Shown here one piece after another: positions 39,400-52,059 of a DNA stretch of 64,000 nucleotides. Within the stretch, counting starts at the first letter, position 1; each line of letters starts with the position of its first letter. Origin of the DNA: Octopus sinensis (taxonomy: Eukaryota); NCBI RefSeq assembly GCF_006345805.1, contig NC_042999.1, forward strand, positions 97,774,001 to 97,838,000, given 5' to 3'. The position numbers and the translations under genes are program-made. The notes under the pieces are model-generated. The model saw only the letters and a program-made list of their open reading frames with translations, was not told where the DNA came from and did no database searches.

Positions 39400-40110
39400 T
39401 AACTTACACGACATCTGTTGCTTTTTCATTATCATCATTCGACAAATGTTCGCCTTCTGTACCATTCAATGTATTCAAAATTTCATATCTGAAAAATTTG
39501 ATAATAATGTCAGCTTTTATTTCCTTCCTTGATTTAACGATCCATTCACAAACGAGAAGCAGTGATGCAGCCTACGTATTGCTTCCTCTCTTCTGTGAGT
39601 TGCTCCATCGAGTATCCAGTTATTAGATTTACACATGATGTCCCTAAATAGTTTATTAATACCGATATATAACGGTTGCAAAAAATATGTAAATCTGACG
39701 GGAATTGCTACTATGTTACCGGATATTATCAACAAATATCTTCACTGGATGTTATATAAGCTAATCTTAGATTCGTAAACTCTTTTCCTTTTCAGCCCGG
39801 CAGATTGTAAATTCCAAGCTTCACCTATCCATTTTGCCACATTTATCTCCATTCATCCAGTCTTTTAGTTGCAGTAATATAATCACTTCTGGAAATTTCT
39901 CTTGTCGTAATTTTTTTTTCTTAAAAACAGCCATCGGTTTTAATGTGTATCTCGAAGTCCTTTTACCTTAATGAATGAGTGCGTTACGAGCACGCATTTC
40001 TTCCGAAAGAAGTTTTCACGGAAGACGAAATACACCAGCGATTAGCATATTTAGGTTCGAATACGCTGGAACGTGTTTCGAATGAATATGCAAGCCATCG
40101 TTTTGATCCT
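39400..40110 (-). mobile_element. Decayed pogo/Tigger-family DDE transposase
   Basis: LKPMAVFKKK, WMN, IPVRFTYFLQPLYIGINKLFRDIM (equivalent to IPGG.T..LQPLDV.INKPFK), CEWIVKSRKEIKADIIIKFF...LNGTEGEHL. Confidence 0.78.
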
Positions 40111-40178
40111 TGATGTTCATTGTGCTCATGGCGATTAATCATCATCATCATCATCATCATTATTATTATTACTACAAT

Positions 40179-40227
<49 letters not shown>

Positions 40228-40852
40228 GCGACTCTATACTGTTTTCTCCCCAACCTTCTCTATTCCCTTTTTCTTCCTTTCACAGTCTTCTGTCCCTCTC
40301 TCCCTCTCTTTCACTTTCTTTCTCTTTTTCGTTGCTTACGCGTGACCATCGTCCATCTTTCTTTTCTTGCACGGACGTTCTAAGGACTGGACGTCTCCTA
40401 TCGCTCTCTTCTATCTTTTCTCTTTTCAAAGAAAACATTTCTCTCAGCGTTCACAATTTCCCCCTCGTTCTGGTCTAATGGCACTCATTGTTTGTTTTCG
40501 TTCGGTTTCCTTGTATGTCTCTACTGTCCTGATTTTGTTCCCAACTTTGACACTTCATAAATCCAATATTTTATTGTGGTATTTATGGGAGCAACTGTCT
40601 TCGAAAACTCATATTGTCATTGATTGTCGAAATGGGGAGTAGATGGACAACCGACAACAGATGAAGGGTCGTTCTTTGTATTCTTTGTATTATTTATCCT
40701 GTTTTTCATTTTTTCTCTCGTTGTTTATGTATTTAACTTATTTGTTTTCGTATTTCATGTTGTCTAATGTTGGTGACATCCTGCACCCATATATGCATTA
40801 TATATATATATATGTGTGTGTGTGTGTGCATATATATATTATATGATATTAT

Positions 40853-40954
<102 letters not shown>

Positions 40955-41349
40955 TTGAATTCTTGATAAGTGTTGTAAACTGACTGACTTCTTCCTTTCT
41001 GTACCTCGTAGAAGGATCCAACAAGCCGAAGTTTTGGAATACGGTTTCGACCAATCTGCATGCAGCTTAAACGTCACGGTTTGCCGGGCGAACCAGTATT
41101 ACTGGCATAGAACCTGCCTTTATTTTAACCAATTAACTTGCGGTTTACATGTAATGGTTTTAAGAGACAGCAAACTTAGTTGGTTTCGATCGTTTTTATT
41201 TCAATCGGTGGGAGTCTTCTGTAATTTGTGTATATACATATGTTATAGATATTTTAAAATCCACATTATTAACTGGTTAATCATTAACTAGTTAATGATG
41301 TTAATTAACTACTTTCATAATAGTAATTGCCTGATTAAAGTAGTTGTTT

Positions 41350-41720
41350 ATAGAGCTATGGTCCAGATCAATAACAGCCATACATATAACTAACACTGGA
41401 GCCATAGAAAATAACAGCAACACGAGTTTTTATCTGCACAAAAATTCTTTCAAATATCCAGACAACAGATTGTCAACGAGTCTATCAGCAACATATACGG
41501 CAGTTAAATTGGTTGTTCCCCTTTCAAGATCCGGTGGCCTATCTTGGAAAAAGCCAGACCATGCAAGCATGAATCCTACCACAGTTGTATGAAATGCCCA
41601 TTGCGCTTAAGTGAAAAATATATTATCCTTTTCTAAGATAAATCTGCCTTGAATTATTGCAGGCATTCATCGAAGTTTCGGATTTCGAAAGCTTTGCCAA
41701 CGAACTATTATCTTTAGCGT
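41350..41720 (-). mobile_element. Possible decayed Tc1-like transposase
   Basis: GFMLAWSGFFQDRPPDLERGTTNLTAVYVADRLVDNLL resembles Tc1 VMVWG....L....GNLTA..Y.D.L. Confidence 0.35.
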
Positions 41721-42877
41721 AAACATTAACATTGCGTTGATTAACATTAACATTGTATCAACTATCAATTTTAATTTCAATTTTAATCTTTTACAAAATA
41801 TTTTCCTTTAAATCTTCAGTCCTAAAAGGACCTTTTCATTCGCTCTGTTTATTATACCTGTTTCCACGACTATAGATATTTTAATTATTCTGTTTTTAAT
41901 TCTAATTCGATTCGCTTTCAATATTTATGTTTTTCCGTTATGGTCAGTCGTTTTTCATCCAACAAATTATATTGAATAATTTTGCTTTCTCCAATTAGCT
42001 TCAAGTGTGTATTCGATGAATTTCTAAATAATAATTGCTGAAACGTTTATAAATACTTAAAAATTATAGTATTGTTCTAAATACTCATTACTGACATTTG
42101 AGTAACAGTTTGTGAAGTTTTTCAGCTTCAATAAAGCACTAATTTACTCTATCTTTCTTATTTTCCACCTTTGTGCACGCATATATACGTGTGTGTGTGT
42201 GTGTATGCGTGTGTGTGACCTTGTGTGTGTGAACGTGCACGCGTGCGTATGAAATAATGTATTTAGTTTCGATCCTTATATTAAAGTATAGTTTTGAAAT
42301 CTGTACAGCTTTCAACCAGCGATGTGATGTTAATTGGTGTTAATGTGGTGTTAAGAAATCTCTTTTTACCACTCTGTTGAGAGAGAGAAATAATTGGCTT
42401 GACCTGGTTTCGATCCTAGTTTCGGAATTCTTCAGACCTCACACAACCAATTTTTGTTTTCGTTTTGTTTTTTGTTTTTGTTTTGTTTTTTGTTTTTTCA
42501 CTCATAAAGAGAGATAAAAAATAGTTTACAGCCACTGAATATTAAAATTACAATAAATCAATTTATCCTATTTGCATAAATAGTACTTTCAATGTCTGTT
42601 TTCAATTATTTAACTATTGATGCACGAAACAGCTTATGTTCGATAATCTGAAATATAGAGAAAGGTATATTTTTATGTATGTATCAATATATCAATATAT
42701 ATATCTTCACACGTTCCAGTCCACTCGTCCGAAAAATACTACAATTAGCATTTTAACACTGCCACAGACCAGCGTCAAGTTCAGGGGAATGCCGAATTCT
42801 GTTCTCGGTCGCTTGTACACCAAGAAATTCGGATGAGCCCCATCCTAATATTTTTGTAGGCTCGCGAAAAATTTTAA

Positions 42878-43200
42878 CTATATATATTATATAAAATCCG
42901 TTCTGTCTGTCTGTGTGCGTGTCTTCTCGGGCATCCACCATTCGATCGCGCTCAAATTTGATATGTAGTTACTGACGGTATCAGGGCGTGTATAGCTCTT
43001 GAAAAAATTACAAAAATCGATTCAGGTGAGAATGCGAACGATAAAGCCGTGGGAACGTGCATTTGTACGCGCAAGTACATCAGCTGTTGCGATCGATACT
43101 ACGCATACGCGAGAAAAATGCACGTGCAGTTTGCGCAAAAAAAGCTGGCTGGCTTGAAATAATATAAACTTATTACTGTCCCAGATACGTTCTCATAAAT
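42878..43200 (+). mobile_element. Non-autonomous Helitron-like element, 5' part
   Basis: CTATATAT..TATAAAATCCGTTCTGTCTGTCTGTGTG followed by TCGATCGCGCTCAAATTTG, a common 5' architecture of these elements; 3' end not identified. Confidence 0.45.
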
Positions 43201-43679
43201 TCATCATGCTTTTCCATCTAGATTTACCTCCACTTACCCATTTACATGCATCGTTTTTGTCCTGCTTTTCTTCCGTCAACCTGTACATAACTGCACATTC
43301 CATTTTTTTGTTGTTTTTGTACTGCTTAAAGGTACGTTTCTTTACTGCCAAGCTTACTGTTTAAACCATGTTTGTGTTCTCCCAGTCAACAGCCTTATCA
43401 TTACTGGTACTTTAAACTCTTCGGTTGCATATTTGTATGAATAAATCCGTTTTTCTTTGGAATAGAAAAAAAGTCTATCTTTATTTCTTCTTTTGCTGGT
43501 GTCTCAAATTTAGGTTAAATCAGTGTTTCTCAAAGGGGAGGCCAATGGGACGGTCGAACAAGTTGTTTTAAGAAAATTTGATTTAAATATTTGACAACTC
43601 AGCACCGTCCATTGGACGGGGGGAATTTTTCTCGTATATATATATATATACATATATATACGCACACACACACACATAT

Positions 43680-43930
43680 ATGTGTGTGTGAGTGTGTATG
43701 TGTGTCTTTGTGTTTGTGTTTGCCCCACCACCACCACCACAGCTTTACAACTGGTGTTGGTGTGTTTGCGTCCCCGTAACATTACCGGTTCGGTAAAAAT
43801 GGGGCCGAAAGAATAAGTATCGGACTTTAGAAAATAAGTACTGGGGTCGATTCATTCGACTAAAAAAATTGAAGGCAGTGCCCCAGCATGACTGCAGTCT
43901 AATTACTGAAATAAGTAAAAGATAAAAGAC
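43680..43930 (+). mobile_element. SINE family B, 3' half
   Basis: GTGTTGGTGTGTTTGCGTCCCCGTAAC...GAATAAGTA...CTGGGGTCGATTCATTCGACTAAA...CCAGCATGACTGCAGTC...ACTGAAA. Confidence 0.8.
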
Positions 43931-43986
43931 ACACATATGTGTGTGTGTGTGTGTGTGTGTTTGTGTGTGCGTGCACGCGCGTGTAA

Positions 43987-44032
<46 letters not shown>

Positions 44033-44902
44033 GCAATAAGTATCTTATTGGTATGCAAATTAAGGTATATTTTATGCATTACCCATTTTTAACCAACGAT
44101 GTTTCTCTAATTTTATACGCTTAGGTATAAACAATTCTTTTTTAAAATTTTTTTCTCACTCTGTAGGAAACAAAGAGGATTAGCCCGACCTGGTTTCGAT
44201 CCTAGTTGCGATTTCTTCTGAGATAACATATCTACCTATGTTTGCTTACTGACACAAATATGATTTACAGTTATTTACAGCCACAAATATGAACACTCCA
44301 TTAAATCGATTTATCTAGTTTGCATAAATCGTGATTTCAATGACGACAACGTCATCTATTTAATTACATATACGCTAAACAAATTATATTCGCCACTTCA
44401 AAAAATATATTAAGGTAAATGTTCTTGGATGTATCAATATATATGTTTGCGTGTATGTGTATCATATGTGTGTGTATGCATGTATATAATATACATATAT
44501 ATTCATTTACATACTTAACGTAGAATATATATCTTTTACGTATCATATATATCTTTTACGTATCATATATACCTGTAATATATATATATATTAGTCTGTC
44601 TGTATCTTTCGTAATGTGTGTGCATGTGTATATGTGTGTGTGTGGTGTGTGTGTGTGTATGTGTGTGCGTATATGTCTGCGCGTGTGTGTATTACAACGA
44701 GACAGACTGATAGACAAAGAATGACAGAATGCACGCCTACATATTCGAAAAATATAAAAAATATAAATGTTGATAGAAAAGATTCAGAATAAAAGAATAC
44801 ACTGAAGCGGATCTTTCAATGTAAAAAACGACTTTACTACTCATATGAAGCAGGGTGTTATTCTGAAATAGTTCTAAAAAAACTGTATCGATGCCTTTGG
44901 AT

Positions 44903-45268
44903 AATTACCTCCGCCTTCGCTAAGGCTGAGGTAATGTTTTTCAGTTGTGTTTGCTTGTTCGTGGACAATATATCTCAAGAACCGCTGGATGGATTCGGAT
45001 GAAACTTTCAGTGATGTTTGGCCTCGTAACTGGCATGATCTGATTAGATTTTGGGATCAATCCGGTACCAGACAAGGATTCTGGATTACTTTTCCTGTTT
45101 TTTACTTAGTTTTTGAGAGCGGTCGGGTTCATTTTTAGTATTCTCGTTTGTGAGGGCAGTCAAGTTTATTTCAGACATTCTCATTTTAAAAATCATCTTT
45201 GGCTAATCGTTGAGAGTATGTTAGTGTTGCCTTGATGGAGGTTTGCGCTCTTTGAGTTCTCTTTTGAT
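44903..45268 (+). mobile_element. Helentron-associated (HINE/DINE-1-like) element
   Basis: 5' ATTACCTCCGCC and 3' CCTTGATGGAGGTTTGCGCTCTTTGAGTTCTCTTTT (subterminal inverted repeat plus hairpin); internal GGATGGATTCGGATGAAACTTT. An isolated related 3' end lies at 13925-13962. Confidence 0.72.
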
Positions 45269-45386
45269 ACTTTGTTTTGCCACTGAGGCGGGTAAACAAA
45301 GGTGCTACCCGTTGTCTATAATGAAGCGAGTGTTTGAGCATGTAGGTGAAAGAGAAACAAAACAAAGAGAAAGAGAGACAGAGTGT

Positions 45387-45439
<53 letters not shown>

Positions 45440-45510
45440 CGCATATGTACTTGTTTCTAGGAGCGAGCGAATGTATGTAGTATTGGAGCAAAAAAGAAAC
45501 AGCTGGAAAT

Positions 45511-45542
<32 letters not shown>

Positions 45543-46650
45543 TTGTGTGTGTATGTGTGCGTGTGTGTGCGCGCGTGTATGTATGACGAAAAGAGAATGT
45601 ATGATGAAAAGAACATGTATCTGTATATGAGCGTGTGTGTGCGTGTGAAAGAAATTATGTATATATGTCCTCGTGTATATCAATACGTGTGTTTGTACGT
45701 AGGTGTATATGTATGTGCTAGAAAGAGTGTTTAAGAGAGAGAGAGAGAAAGCGTTAACGTGTGTGTGTGTATGTATGTGTGAGAGAGAGGAAAGGTACAT
45801 GTTTGTGAAAGAGTCTATGTATGTGTAGTGATCGAAAGAGTGAGAGTATGATACAGAGAGGAATAAAAGTGTGTGACAGAGTTGTTTGTATATAAAAAAA
45901 TATTGGAAGGAGTGGACTATGGTATATGACAGTTAAAAATGAATGTTTGAAGAGTGGGGCGTTACTATTTGATGGAACTATATTGATGGATCAGGATGTT
46001 TCTCGGTGAAACGATGCGTTTAAAATGAAGGCGTTCGGTCGATCTCGTTCGTGAGCGACACCTAGCGGAGAGATATGAAAACAAATGAATCCAGCTTCTC
46101 TAATCATGTGAGAAGTCATCACACGTAGACTGTCTCTTTGATTGTTTGCATGACTGCATGTCTGAATACTTCAGTTCGAACGAAGTTAAATTGCAATCAT
46201 CGAGGGAGAGAGAGCGAGCTGACTAGCGACAGAGAGAGAGAGATGGAAGAGAGATGTCGTGAAGAGAAGTGGAAGGGAAATTAATGAGGGACACAGGAAG
46301 AAGTGTTATGAGAGAGGAAGCGCGAAGGGATGTAAACCGAGTTACGGTTTGGCGAGTGCTTGGGTTCGTTCGATCTCGCATGCTGAAGAGCTACTTAGCA
46401 GAGAGATAGCAAAATACTGAAAAAATAAATAAATAAATAAATCAAACTAAGAAACACAAAAGTGTAGCGCTGGGCGTTAGTTTAGCCTCCAAAATATCTG
46501 TTGTCGATGATATATGAGAGTAATGTTAAAAAGAGAGAAGACAAAAACAACTGCGCTACCGTCAACAGCAATGTCAAAATTACTTTTGAACGAGTCAGCG
46601 TAGGAATCTATATGTGGTCGCTAGACAGGCCAGAAAAGGTTGTGAGATTC

Positions 46651-46709
<59 letters not shown>

Positions 46710-46786
46710 ACTCCCTATCTATCTATCTATCTCACATATCACGCAACCTTGTTTTAACATTTTCACATTCAAATTACTCTGGTAAA

Positions 46787-46925
46787 TATGTTTCTTTATT
46801 AGCCACACAGGGCTGAACACAGAGGGGACAAATTACAAAGTATAGATTTTCTTTTGAGGAAGAGAAAAGGCGGGGTAGATTTTCGATAAAAAGGGATCGT
46901 AAAAAAAAGAAAAAAGAAAAGAAAA
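46787..46925 (-). mobile_element. Short 3'-terminal copy of the Tx1-like LINE
   Basis: TGTTTCTTTATTAGCCACACAGGGCTGAACACAGA...TTTTCTTTTGA...AAAAGGGATCGTAAAA is nearly identical to 15641-15770. Confidence 0.85.
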
Positions 46926-47569
46926 TGTAATGCATATTCATTTACTTAGTTTTGAATTATGTATCGTCTTGTAGCTTTGAGATTTCGATGAAGACATTGT
47001 ATATTTTCAAAATGACATTCTAGGGTAAATGTGAGAGGGTGGATCTGGCCAGTTTTAATGTAGAGCAGATAGAAAATATGGGTCAGATATGGCCGGTTTA
47101 AATGGTAAGAATATATTGAATAATGCTCTTACATGGTTACTCTGTCTGGAAGAAAGATGGAATAGAATGTTATCGACTAGAAGGTCTTCGATGATATAAT
47201 TGTTTAGGCACCAAAGTACACAATTATTCCAAGTTAACATCAAATACTCAGAAAAGTACCTTAAAAAATGTAGTTTCATCAGAAGTCGTAAGGGAAGAAG
47301 TGACAGAATTCTAACGAGCTGTTGCATACATTGAAATTTTTTATATCAATCCTTATTCCAAGTTGCTTAACAACAATAGTAGCTTCTAACAGTGTTTATG
47401 TGCATACGTGTTTCTGTCGCTCAGTCTAAATGTGTGTGTGTGTGTGTGTATGTGTGTGAGACTGTGTATGTATGTGTGTGTGCGTGTGTGTGTGTGTGTA
47501 TCTGTGTGTGTGCGCACGCGCATGTGAGAAACTTCTATATTCTGACATACAATATAAATACTGACATGC

Positions 47570-48423
47570 AAGGCGGCGTGCTGGCAGAAACGTTAGCGCG
47601 CCGGGCGAAATGCTTAGCGATATTTCGTCTGCCATTACGTTCTGAGTTCAAATTTCGCCGAGGTCGACTTTACCTTTCATCCTTTCGGGGTCGATTAAAT
47701 AAGTATCAGTTACGCACTGGGGTTGATATATTCGGTTTAATCCGTTTGTTTGTCTCTTCTGTATTTAGTCCCTTGTAGGTAGTAAAGAAATAGGTATTTC
47801 GTCTACTGCTACGTTCTGAGTTCAAATTCCGCCGAGGTCGACTTTGCCTTTTATCTTTTCGGAGTCGATAAATTAAGTACCATTGAAACACTGAGGTCGA
47901 TATAATCGAATAGTCCCCTTCCCCCAAATTTCAGGCCTTGTGCCTATAGTAGAAAGGATTAAAACTGATAGATAGATAGATAGATAGATAGCACAGAAGT
48001 TTGAAAGGAGAGGAAAAGTCGATTATAAGGACCCCAGTACTTTACTGGTACTCTATTTTATTGACCCTGAAAAAATAAAAGGCAAAACTGACCTCCGGGA
48101 TTTGGAGAGCAAAAATCGCAATGCATTTTTTTTTGTTTGTTTTGTTTTTAGTTTTTTGGCGTTCTAACGAGTCTGGCAATTCACCACCGAAACAACAACA
48201 ATAACAATAACAATGGTTTCTGACGTATGCATAAAAGGCCAGCAGCTTTGAGGGAAAGAGGTTATTCGATACCATTGACCGTAGCACTTGACTGGATCTT
48301 TATTTCATTGACCCAAAATATGGGAGGTAAAGTTGAGATTTAAACTTAGAAAGTAAAGAACCGGAATAAATTCCACAAGGCACTTCATCGACAGCTCTAA
48401 CCATTCTGTCAATTCACTGCCCT

Positions 48424-48424
<1 letters not shown>
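47570..48424. mobile_element. SINE family A cluster (plus-strand dimer 47570-47960; minus copies 47985-48190 and 48216-48424)
   Basis: Direct alignment to the other family A copies. Confidence 0.85.
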
Positions 48425-48461
<37 letters not shown>

Positions 48462-48462
48462 C

Positions 48463-48887
48463 TCTTTTATTTGTTTCAGTCATTTGACTGCGGCCATGCT
48501 GGAGCACCGCCTTTAGTCGAGCAAATCGACCCCAGGACTTATTCTTTGTAAGCCTAGTACTTATTCTATCAGTCTCTTTTGCCGAACCGCTAAGTTACGG
48601 GGACGTAAACACACCACCATCGGTTGTCAAGCGATGTTGGGGTGACAAACACAGACACACAAACCTATACACACACGTAGATATATATATACATATATAC
48701 GACGGGCTTCCGTCAATTTCCATCAGCCAAATCCACTCACAAGGCATTGGTCGGCCCGAGGCTACAGTAGAAGACACTTGCCTAAGGTGCCACGCAGTGG
48801 GACTGAACCCGGAATCATGTGGTTGGTAAGCAAGCTACTTACCACACAGCCACTTCTGCGCCTATACTTACCACACAGCCACTCCTA
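48463..48887 (-). mobile_element. tRNA-derived CORE-like SINE family B, intact
   Basis: Minus strand AGGCGCAGAAGTGGCTGTGTGGTAAG (box A) ...CCGGGTTCAGTCCC (box B) ...CCTTAGGCAAGTGTCTTCT; internal (TA)/(TG) tract; head partly duplicated at 48866-48887. Confidence 0.9.
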
Positions 48888-49670
48888 CAACAACTAAAAT
48901 AACAACAGCAGCAAGAACAACAATAACTAAAGTAACAGCAAGAAGAAGAAGAATAAGAACAACAACAACAACAACAACAACAGCAACAACAACACCAACA
49001 CCAACAACAACGACAACAACAAACATGAGGGAGCTTCTATTTGGTCGTTGCTTGACTTGACAGAAAAAGCAGCTCCATCTTCCTCAAATTACCCAGTACC
49101 ATCTCAAATGAAGATGCATTGATCAATGTAATTCTTGTGCAACACAGACTGGTGGGGTCCGGACACTTTTGATTATACCAGTGCAAGATCAGATTTGATT
49201 AGAACTAAACAACTAACCTTTCACCAACCAGCGCCAACATCAACATTAAGCTCTGATTCACAAAATATGTCCCAGTGTCACTAAAATTTTTGCCGCTTCA
49301 AGTGTTTTCTCGAACTGTAATGGCCGCTTGGTGTGGAGCTCAGTTGACAGTTGCATGGGATAATTATAGTCATTCTGCCGTATCTAGTGTTGATATTAAA
49401 CTCCTACATACTAAGCTAACTATCTAAACTCGCTATATAGCCACACACGCACACACACACGCACACACACACACACACCTCACACGCATACACGAACACA
49501 CGCACGCACGCACACATACACACACTTGTTTATATGCATGTGTGCTTCTATCGCTCAGTCTAAATATATTTGGGTGTATGTGTATGTGTGCGTGTAGGCT
49601 TGTGCGTTAGAAACATTTATATTCCGACATATAACATTAATACTGACATGCGTATATATAATATATATAT

Positions 49671-49710
<40 letters not shown>

Positions 49711-49713
49711 GTG

Positions 49714-49794
<81 letters not shown>

Positions 49795-49877
49795 GAAATG
49801 ATTGATAGCCTGAGATGTGTACATGAACATGAACATATACAAATACTCATGCGCATACACTCAGACACAGATGCAAG

Positions 49878-50178
49878 TATCACCGTGATCAGCGTGACCG
49901 ACCAGGCTATCAGATGTTGCTGCGCATCGCTGGTCACAATGCGCTTCGCATTGTTTTAGCCTTCAAATGATGCCACCCCGCTGGCTAAGCGAGCAGGCCA
50001 ACAGAAGAAAGAGTGAGAGAAAGTTGTGGCGAAAGAGTACAGCAGTGATCGTCACCATCGCCTGCCGGAACATCGTGGAGCTTTAGGTGTTTTCGCTCAA
50101 TAAACACTCACAACGCCCGGTCTGGGAATCGAAACCGCGAGTCCGCTGCCCTAACCACTGGGCCATTGTGCCGCCACA
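49878..50178 (-). mobile_element. tRNA-derived SINE family D
   Basis: Minus strand GGCGGCACAATGGCCCAGTGGTTAGGGCAGCGGACTCGCGGTTTCGATTCCCAG (boxes A and B, anticodon region shortened), followed by a unique body of about 250 nt. Confidence 0.75.
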
Positions 50179-50547
50179 GATGCAAATATACACACATACA
50201 TAGACACACACGCTTGTAGATATATTTCTAAACCGCTTCAAAACCTACAGTTTCTCTACCCGAATTCTGTAATTACATTTATACCTGTAATTATCGGTAT
50301 ACTTATCAGTGATATTAAATATCGAAGTCGTAAATTTGTAAAAGCTATAGTTTACAAGCAAAGAAAGTCATCACCTAACACAAGAAATAAAATAAGAAAT
50401 AAAATTTGTAGGTGGAACAGTAACGATATGTAAGACTTCTCTAAAGTATTTTTCTTAATTTTTCCTTTTTTATTTTTTGTTAACTAAAGCACAACAGTAA
50501 CTTTGTTTCTTTGACAGAAACCAACATCTTTATTATAGAAAGAATTC

Positions 50548-50584
<37 letters not shown>

Positions 50585-50599
50585 TAATAATAATAATAA

Positions 50600-51039
50600 T
50601 GCTTCCAAATTTTGGCACAAGGTCAGCAACTTGGGGTAGGGGGTAAGTCGATTACATCAACCACAGTACTCGACTGGCACTTCTTTCATCAACCAAGAAA
50701 GGATGAAAGGTAATGTCAAATTCAGCGGAATTTGAACTCAGAACGTAAAAGCAGACGAAATGCTGCTAAACAATTTGTCCAGCGTACTTACGATTCTGCA
50801 AGATCGCCGCTTTAATAATAATAATCGTTTCTAATATAAGCACAAAGCCTGGAATTGCGTGGACGAAGATAGTTGATCACATCGACCCATGTATTCGACT
50901 GGTACATAATTTATCGACCCCGAAAGAAGGAAAGGCAAAGTCGACCCAGGCGGAATTTGAACTCAGAACGTAAAGACGGACGAAATGCCACTAAGCATTT
51001 TGTCCGGCGTGCTTACGATTCTGTCGGCTTGCCACCTTA
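50600..51039 (-). mobile_element. Two tandem SINE family A copies separated by (TAA)n
   Basis: GGAATTTGAACTCAGAACGTAAA...ACGATTCTG occurs twice; heads end at about 50814 and 51039. Confidence 0.85.
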
Positions 51040-51823
51040 ATAATAGCAATAATAAAACACGATAACATGTGCACGGTTGAGCTGCAAGCAATGGCAGAAT
51101 ATCGAAAGAGTAAAGACCAATATGTTGTTCTTTCTTTAAGATAGCAAAATATGGTTTCAAAGGGATTTGATTTGTAAGCTTAACAGGGCAGATTCCTTTG
51201 CTAGCTCGCATCAACCACGACAAGAACAACAAAAACAACAACGAAGGCAAATCAAAATACATGGCATTATTGATAGCAACAGTGTATGCTTGAGGAAATC
51301 TTTGATAGCAAGCCCTGCAACATCATATCAGGTGGAAACATACTCAAATGTATAGATTGAACAGGAAATTTTACTGCTAACCTGCACATAAATCATTTCT
51401 TTGCTGACAAAGGACCTCGACCAACGATACACTAACATGTTCTTTTCAGTGAACCCTAAATGTAATTGATATATTTATAGCACTTATAACCTGGCACTAG
51501 TGGAAGTAGCCGTCAGATTTCGTTACCGTCAATCAAATTATATATGTGTGTAAGTATGTGTGTGTGTGTGTGTGCTTGTTTCTTGACTTGAAAGCTCAAA
51601 TATATGGGATAGTACACGCGCACACACAAACACACACATATATGTATATAGATATGTATATATAAAAATTTAAATTTAAAATAATAAGGGTGAAAAATTG
51701 AATATTAATTTGATTAATATCAATTTAAAACCAGTGGTCTAGCATATTGAAATCTGATGAAAAATTATATTACAGAAAAATTATATTACAGAAAAATTAT
51801 ATAACTACAGAAAAATTATATTA

Positions 51824-52049
51824 CATACATATAAGAGGGATGACCACTACGTGGACATCCATATGCTAAAGTAGATCCGCTATGGTCTTACCATTAAGAA
51901 AGGAATATTCTCAAGAAAATTTTAGCAAGAAAATTTCTGGCGTTTGCTAAAACTTTCTTGAGAATATTCCTTTCTTAGTGGTAAGACCATAGCGGATCTG
52001 CTTCTAGCATATGGATGACCACATAGTGGTCACCCCTCTTATATGTATG
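51824..52049. repeat. Near-perfect palindrome of about 225 bp
   Basis: ATAAGAGGGATGACCAC...TTTTAGCAA is mirrored by TTGCTAAAA...GTGGTCACCCCTCTTAT, with a spacer of about 15 nt. Confidence 0.93.
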
Positions 52050-52059
52050 ATATATATAT

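Noticed and set aside
51761-51825. Short regularly repeated units (CRISPR-like?)
   Set aside because: Direct tandem minisatellite without unique spacers; eukaryotic context and no cas genes.
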